From positions 22,878,001-22,942,000 of the forward strand of contig NC_092674.1 of assembly GCF_964355755.1 (NCBI RefSeq): 64,000 bases of DNA. Reading direction: 5' to 3'. Below are positions 56,282 through 64,000 of this stretch, one piece after another; within the stretch, counting starts at the first letter, position 1; every line of letters begins with the position of its first letter. The notes beneath the pieces are model-generated. The model did not search any database. It was not told the DNA's origin and saw only the letters and a program-made list of their open reading frames with translations. This stretch comes from Antedon mediterranea (Eukaryota > Animalia > Echinodermata). The position numbers were made by a program, and so were the translations under genes.

Positions 56282-59200
56282 ATGGCGATCTCAGGTGGAA
56301 CTGCTTTCAATTTCGGCGGTGCTGCTCCAGCTACAACTACTGCTGGAACAGGTTTATCACTGGGTGGTTCGTCATCCGGCTTCGCATTTGGTAGTCAAGG
56401 CCCACGGTATTTAAGTTTGATTATTTTTAACAAATTGTTTTAGGCTAGGCAGGCCTAGTAGGCTACTAGCTAGCTAGGCTAGCCTTATTTAGAGTAGGCT
56501 AGCCCTCTCTCTGTCTGACATACATATAGCTAGCCTAGGCCTATGCCTAGCCTTTTAGGCTAGGCCTAGCTAGAGGCCTACTTAGTAGGATAGGCTAGAG
56601 CCGGGAGCCTAGAATTGGCTTGTTTAATGTTACTCCATGTTTAATGTTTCTGTTCTGAGTCAACTGTTGGTTAATACACAGGAATGCACCCCTATTTTTT
56701 CGAATGGAATAACCCACTAAAAAGGCTGTAATGTAATTGAGTGGGATATTTTGATGATGATGTCATTTTATATCATTGCCATGCATTTTTAACAATTTTC
56801 CAAATTTAACATTGCGTAAGGGTAATTTCAAAATGCGCAAAGATTTTCTTGTATAATTATTTGAACAATAAAATAATGCACTTGTCAATTGTATGACCCA
56901 CTATATGACCCCCGGGAGAGGTGCGTCATGGGTGCGTCATTTACAAATAATTACTGACACAGGTGTGCGTCAAAAAACCTAGATGGTACGTCACATCAAT
57001 GAACAAGGTGTGTCAATGTCCGTCACTTTACCACCCACCATATCATAAACAACATGGTCACAGTGCGTCAAAATGGGTGCGTCATGGTCACCTAAAGGTA
57101 AGTCACCTTTTTGACGCACGGGTGCGTCATGGTATTCAAAAGTATGACGCACATCGGAAAAATGACGCACCTCTCCCGGGGGTCGTATAGTGGGTCATAC
57201 AATTGACAAGTGCATTAACACGAAACATGGTACAGTGTAGGTAAAAAGAGGAAGCCACGTATTTTACTCATCGGCAATCAATCCGGTTGCATTTACCTCA
57301 ACAATGCTTCATTCATTATAACACTACAGGGTTTTATTTGCCTTCAATTTACATGGTTTTTTTTTCCTCCGTAATGTACCTTTATTTTAAGTTTTAAACA
57401 ATTATGCACTTGTCAATTGTATGACTCACTATACGACCCCCGGGAGAGGTGCGTCATGGGTGCGTCATTTACAAATAATTACTGACGCAGGGGTGCGTCA
57501 AAAAACCTAGATGGTACGTCACATCAATGAACAAGGTGCGTCAATATCCGTCACTTTACCACCCACCATATCATAAACAACATGGTCACAGTGCGTCAAA
57601 ATGGGTGCGTCATGGTCACCTAAAAGTAAGTCACCTTTTTGACGCACGGGTGCGTCATGGTATTCAAAAGTATGACGCACATCGGACAAATGACGCACCT
57701 CTCCCGGGGGTCGTATAGTGGGTCATACAATTGACAAGTGCATTATACAGTAACAATAATGAAATTTGATTTTCATTAGCAGTGATAAGTTACAATATAT
57801 TTAAAGATATAAAATATAAAAACTATATGCAAATAAATTAAAATGGTTGGTTTTTTTAGGGCTGGAAAAATAACTGCCCCTGGTGGTGGAGGTGGATTTA
57901 ACTTTGGTGCTCCTACATCAACCCAAACTCAACCAGCACCAGCTTCAGGCTTCAAGTTTGGGGCTTCAACAACTGCAGGTTTGATAATAATATGTTTTTA
58001 AAAACAAACATCATCATCTTCCTACAGTACTGTACTGTATATACTGTGCAGAACCTTGTTTGAGTAGTAGTATAAGTTACATGGGTTCAAAGTTCAGATG
58101 CATAAATGTCATCAACCGGGTTGGTCAAATATATACCTGAGCTTCCTAATTTTTTTTCACTTTTGTGTTCCACACTTTCGATTTATTTATTTTTAAAATT
58201 ATGAACAAGTTGTAACTAATAAATATACAATCATAAAGTATTTCAATCCATTTATTTTACCTTAGCTTTCGGCTTACAGTACCACCCACCTTTATATGCA
58301 TACTGTAGTAATTGCTGATTACAGTTAATAAGTCGTGAAACAATATATTTTTCATCATTTCAGGTACAGCTGCACTAGGCACTGCAGCGCCAACTGGTGG
58401 AGGGTTGAAGTTAGGCGGACAGCCATCTGCAGGCCTAAACCTTAGTGTTGGCAAGACAGTTGGACAAGTGGCACCAACACTGAAACTGGGTGGGATAGGA
58501 ACTCCAGCAGCTTCTACCACTGCCGCTGCCACTACTGCGAACTTAGGTGGCTTTTCATTTGGTGCTAAAACAACGACAAGTGGTTTATCATTAGGAGGGA
58601 CTACTAATACCTTAGCCGGCTCTACCGGAGCTGGTCTTACTCTAGGAGGAACGACTGGCCTTGGAACGACTGGTATTGGAACAAGTAGTCTTGGTACAAG
58701 TGGATTGGGTGGCTTAGCTGTTGGTGCTAAAAAGGACCTTGGCACTGGTATTGGTCTTGGAGGTACAGTAGGCTGCTTATAAAATAAAGACATTTATTTA
58801 TGTAAATTAAACAAAGTTGTTTGTTTGAATAAAAAACCATTGGTTGGCAGCCAATTGTTTGCTTTGAATTACAGTTTTTCAGGTAAATCTTTTTTGTTTA
58901 GATCCTATTTATTATGTGACATTAAAGTGGCATACTCATCAACAAAAACAATTGTAAAATATTTGAATACATCATCTTAATATCTTTATTATTTTTGTCA
59001 TTTCCTATTTTACTTATTGTATTTACGCATTTAGAGCCTGCTTATATGCACTGTATATAAGAATGAACTATTATTATTATAGGTACAAATGTTGCAAGTA
59101 CACCAAGCAAAGGTTTAGGTGGTGTAGATCCAGCCTCATTGAAGACTACTACAGCAAATACTACAAATGGAACATCTAGCACAAGGTAAATGGAAAGGTT

Positions 59201-62200
59201 AAACATTTGAGGAAACCCTTTGTATTAGGAAATCTTTATTGTTTTACATTCTTTTTGAGTTAGCCATACCGATTATCTTATTACATAATTGTTGTAAAAT
59301 GATGTCTGTTACGCATTTGCTAATTCAGACTCAAAATCAAGGCATTCGTTAGGCGATAGGCACTTCCTACTTTGCGATTCCATGCCTGGAACTGCTCAAC
59401 TCTATTTGATTTGAATTTATTACTGATTAGGAAAATCGTCATATAAAATATGTACAATAAATTACCGACATTACAAATAAATACATTTATAAAAGATTTT
59501 CCCGCATAAACCAAAAAGCTTATAGCTTATTTTTATTGGGATAATTTTTTTAATTAATAATATTTATTAATTAATTAATTTATTAGCAAGTTTTCATCAA
59601 AAACATTCACTACCTACCTTGACACAGGATAATCAAACTTAGAAAAAAAAAGATGGAATAATAAAGTTTAAAATAAAGAATAATATGCATTATTTGAAGG
59701 TTTGCATGCAATATGTTGATATAAAGTTTGCCACGTATGTGAGAATTTTTTCTCACCCCTGACGATGATCAAAGTATAGATTGATTGATTGAAATATATA
59801 TTTATACTGGGTAACCTCTTCAGTCAATGACTGGTCTCCCAGAGGGCCCAGTTGGTGATCAGTGGCTGTATGTACTAGTACACCGGGGTAACCCCCTACT
59901 CGTCTCGAAAGATGTACTAGGTTCTTTAAAGTGCACACGAGCTAGATGTGTACACTGGACCTACGGTTTATAGTCCTTATCCGAGAAGACTCGTTCTACC
60001 ACCAGAACCATGGAGTGAGTGAGCCTCGAACCCCTGCCAATGTTATGGCTACGTAATTACGGTTCAACTGTCTTAACCGCTTGGCCACTCACTCTCTAAA
60101 GCCGATTTTCCACTAGGCGAATTTGTTCGCGCGAATCGAAAGCGTCATGCTATGCGCATGCGTATTCAAGTTCCTGTCTGTCATACTCCCTTCTTCGACG
60201 AATTCTAGTTCCTTTGATTTTTCGCTTCAGCGAAATTTACTAGTTCAAATTGTTTCTACTTTTTGCAAAGCGAAATATTGCGCAACCAATCAGAGCTCAG
60301 GAAATGAGCTATGACGCTTTCATGAGTACTCATGCGAATCGAAATGCTCAGCAACCACGCAAGGAACATGAACGTCGCAGCTATTCAATCATGTAGTGGA
60401 AAGAGAGAAGGCGATTTTTTTCTCTTCAAAGCGTTGAATTCGCGCGAACAAATTCGTCTAGTGTACAATCGGCTTAAAAGAGGAACTCAATCAGTTCTTT
60501 TCAGAACTACATATATGGTATACTGCAAACTTTATATCAACATAAGAATAATATGGCTTATCTCAATTTTTGCAGTTTGTTATATTAGACACTATAATAC
60601 TCAACTTATTAGAATATTATTATTAATTCTAACTGTGTACTATATTGTTTCTTTTCCATTTTTTAAGCAACAGTAAGGCTGTCAAGGAAACATCTTTACC
60701 AAAAGAAATTAGTGAAACTGTAAATGGATTTAAGTAAGTTGTTAAAGATATATGGCAACGAAAACTGGGACTATACAATTGATATGCTCTTTAACATGAA
60801 TCCTAATATTACAAAATCTATTCTTAAATGTTAACAATAACATACAAAAAACTGTATAGTGGTATGAATATGTTCAACCATGCAAATTTCCTATAGGCAT
60901 GACTGACAATGTATGGAATATAGTAATTATTAACCAACCAACCATCTTGTTTCCAATCGGCATGGTCAATTAAATTTTGATTAAAGGATTTAGAGCTGCA
61001 TGATGTGCAAACATTCGCTTCATGTGTCAATCAAGTTAAATTATTTTCGCTTTATTTATGTTCATCCGCCAATCAAAGTGGTCGCTAATTAGAGGCAATA
61101 TTTAATGTTTGTATTTTGCTATTCGTAATATGTTACTAAGTTTTTCTTCAAATCCATAGGGAGTATGTAAAGAAACAAAAAGCTATACGTGAAGAGATCG
61201 CTCGTTTCTCGTCTAAGCCGATGCATAAAGTAAAAGAAGATATGTTAGCATTGCGTCAACTCTTATCCGTTGTGTCTAACAGTTTACAGCGCAACACAAT
61301 GGCTATTTACAAACTAAAGACTGACTCAGCGTATGAGCTAAAGAATGCAGACATGGCGCACAGAACACATGACGTACCACAAGCGTTACAGATGGACCAC
61401 ACGGCACCAGCAGAGTAAGGTTTATTGTTTAAAAAAATTTGGATTATTGCCAGTGTATAACACTGAATTCACAAATGATAGAAGTTACTTTTCCAACCCA
61501 AAATAATTCAATTTTTTTTTTCATAGATATTTTCAACGACTAATTCAGAACTTTGAGGAGCAGATGCACTGTTGTCACCAGGAGATTGAACAGATTGAAA
61601 GTCACCTAATGTCTCTATCAAGACCTGCTAGTTACACACCCCAAGGTTGGTAGGATACTAACATATCGATAGTGTATTGCATCATCATTATATGAAACCA
61701 TTTGTTCCACGACCAGAAAATGCATGGAATAAAACCTTTCTCTCAACAGCACCCAATTCTCTGTACAGTATCTCCATATAGGAATTGGAAATGTCCAGTA
61801 CCATATATATTGTCAACTATACAATGCCAAAATTCCGATTAATGCAGGGGCTGACTCGCTCTTAGTTCAGATGGCAAGTCTTCTTGATGTTTTTTTTGTT
61901 TATTGTAATTTTCTTATTTGCAATTTGTAATTTGTATCTTTTATTTTAAAATGTGTGGAGAAACTAATAAAACAAACAAACTATAAATCATGGGTACAGT
62001 TTGCTTGTGTGCACTTTAAAGGAAACAGTTCATCAATCAAGTAGGGTGTTATCCAAGTGAACTGATTCACAAAAGAACCCCTGTGTCAGGGGGATTATTA
62101 CCTATCTGATAGTTGTAGTAGACAGTGATTAATTTACTATTGGTACTCCTTGGTCAAATCTGCCTAAAGGCACATACAAAAATGGTGTACCGCAAACTTG

Positions 62201-63312
62201 AATTTTTTTATTATTTTATGTATAATTTACTATTTTAATTTTTTTTACGTGTAATTTAGGTAAGCTTGACATTCAATCCTTTAAAAAAAAGGTTTTTATA
62301 ATAAAATTTATAATTTAATTTGCTTTACAGATTTATCGACTGTAATGATCAAAATGAATGAGACATTTATTGCATTGGCTGCAAAACTACAAACTGTACA
62401 CGAAGCTGTTAAGGTATGCATAGCACAAGTATACACATAAGTATATTAGAATCTTGTTGAGTGTGAATATACAAAATAAGATCACATTATATTCTGTATT
62501 AATATACCACACCTGTGTGTATCCTTTAAAAGTAATAGTTCTATTAAATGGTACTTTTAAAATGTAGATTTTTCTGAAAATGTATAAAATTTTGTGCTGA
62601 GCGAGACTATTCAATGTTACTTGTTTTAAAATCAATCTGTAGTGTGCATCATCTGAGACTGTACTGATAGCGGCCAAGAGCAGGTTATTGTATAGTATAA
62701 TATACTGAGATTGGAACTAGGCACAGCTGTTTTGAGCGCCAGACAAAACAGTAGTTGAAGAAATGAATATAAGGTTTTAGAGAGAAATCTTAGTGCAATA
62801 TGAATGGCCTAAATTCCACACCTTGACTTCATCAATGTATTTATTTATTCTTTATACTGGGTACCTCTTCAGATTTAAAATACTGTAACAGCAGTTAATT
62901 AATTGAATGAAAGTTACTTTGGAACAGTAGGTGTTTGGAAATAAATGTTTATTTGAATATTTTCTTTAATTGGCAGCGTGACTATAATTTAAGTCGCCTT
63001 ATTCTTAGAATCACAGGCATCATTTTGAAAGAAAGTTATGCAACATATAGGCTTACACTATATCCCAAGGGAATAAAATTGAGTCATAAATCACCATATT
63101 ACTAATTTTTTAGACACAGAAAGAGCAATATTTAAACTACAGGCGTGTATACCATGGAGAAACGCAGGACATATTTGAAACGAGACGGAAACAAGCTGAT
63201 AAACGTGGCAAGATACCTGTAGTGCCCAGTGGTCCTGGTCCATTTGATAACATCTCAAATGCCACAGCCATTGCAATGGCCGCTGCTATGCAGTCGGCTC
63301 AAAAACCTGCAG
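56282..63312 (+). CDS. NUP58: Nucleoporin p58/p45 (Nup58/NUPL1), 3' end beyond the window
   Basis: Exons 56282-56406, 57860-57978, 58364-58762, 59083-59185, 60668 or 60674-60733, 61160-61414, 61527-61645, 62331-62413, 63114-63312. FG/GLxLG N-terminus, KGLGGVD, then the coiled-coil core EYVKKQK...LRQLLS...LQRN...ELKNA...APAEYF...TFIALAAKLQTVHEAVK...GPGPF. Confidence 0.93.
56876..57215. mobile_element. 340-bp MITE with ~55-bp TIRs, copy 1 (Nup58 intron 1)
   Basis: ATGCACTTGTCAATTGTATGACCCACTAT...GAGAGGTGCGTCAT TIR; TA flanks. Confidence 0.85.
57404..57743. mobile_element. 340-bp MITE, copy 2 (near-identical, same orientation)
   Basis: Differs from 56876-57215 by only a few substitutions. Confidence 0.85.
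59795..60094 (-). mobile_element. tRNA-derived Deu/Nin-core SINE (tail type B)
   Basis: Close reverse-complement match to 51013-51320. Confidence 0.85.
60100..60474. mobile_element. PIF/Harbinger-like MITE
   Basis: TIR AGCCGATTTTCCACTAGGCGAATTTGTTCGCGCGAAT and its imperfect inverse; TAA TSD. Confidence 0.8.
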
Positions 63313-63672
63313 GTAAGCATCATTTTTTTAGATTCACATAGAATCTCTATCTATCCTGAGTGGAAACCGCTCGTTCACTCTGCGTTTTGTGTAATTGGTC
63401 ATAAGAAATATTATAGATTGTATATATTTATTAAAGTTACCGCTCATCTGTGTAAATTGGCCTTTATATACAGATTCTTTCAACAAGTAATCACTTTGCG
63501 TTCAGTTAATGTAATGATTTGGAGTAGCATGTGAGAGGTTTGAAATCGTTGCTATCCTAATACTAGGCTAGATTCTCTACTCCCATTGGACTGTGTACAT
63601 AACTACGTTAAATAGCATGGTATAATATCATTTTAAAACAGCAGAATTTCATCAGACCCTGCACAGTTACAT

Positions 63673-63893
63673 TGACCCCATTTACACATACGATTTGGGT
63701 CAGCCATGGGTCGCCAATTGGTAAGTGCAGATCTGGACCACCTCTGAAGTAGGTCCAGGAGTGGCTTTTACGTTTGGGCCGACTTATGAACTAAACCGTG
63801 ACCACTGTCTTAAGAAAATTAATCTTCAGGCCGTCATTTGGACACGAGTGTAAACACGCTGGATCGGACTCAATTGTAAGTGTAATGGGGTCA
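63673..63893. mobile_element. Harbinger-like MITE
   Basis: TGACCCCATTTACAC / GTGTAATGGGGTCA termini. Confidence 0.55.
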
Positions 63894-64000
63894 TAGAGAG
63901 CGTAATCCAAATTTAAAGTTAAACCAAGGATCCAAAATGCTGATCTTGACATAATTATTGAATGATGAATGAGAGAGTCTGGTTACCAGAGGTTAGCACA

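Noticed and set aside
56963-57718. Repeated 63-75 aa ORFs in Nup58 intron 1
   Set aside because: Chance ORFs inside the twin MITEs.
58364-58762. GLxLG repeats replacing FG repeats in Nup58 as a novelty
   Set aside because: Leu-substituted repeats are also a feature of vertebrate Nup58 N-termini.
58257-58793. 178-aa Pro/Val-rich minus-strand ORF
   Set aside because: Antisense shadow of the Gly/Thr-rich Nup58 exon 3.

Overview
AT-rich, intron-rich animal genomic DNA, not prokaryotic. A Deu/Nin-core SINE suggests a deuterostome invertebrate such as an echinoderm, but that is inference. I reconstructed four spliced genes by hand from GT-AG boundaries and frame continuity. (1) The 5' part of an anoctamin/TMEM16 gene (minus strand, runs off the left edge). 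(2) A complete 22-exon, ~1191-aa kinase-less Roco gene with ankyrin repeats, Roc GTPase, COR and three tandem death domains (minus, 12761-38691). (3) A NIPA2-like Mg2+ transporter (minus, 42841-52058). (4) Nup58/NUPL1 (plus, from 56282, runs off the right edge), head-to-head with NIPA2. Introns are dense with mobile DNA: an internally deleted Ty3/Gypsy LTR element encoding a Gag-RNase H fusion, LINE fragments, two SINE families, Harbinger-, Kolobok- and pogo-like MITEs, and a three-level nest of elements with 8-bp target duplications. The most notable observations are the ANK-Roc-COR-3xDD protein with a G4 D-to-N change, TAGGCCTA/TAGGCTA/TAGCCTA islands at the start of intron 1 of all four genes, and TA(CAG/CTG)TA insertions that look like Tc1/mariner excision footprints.
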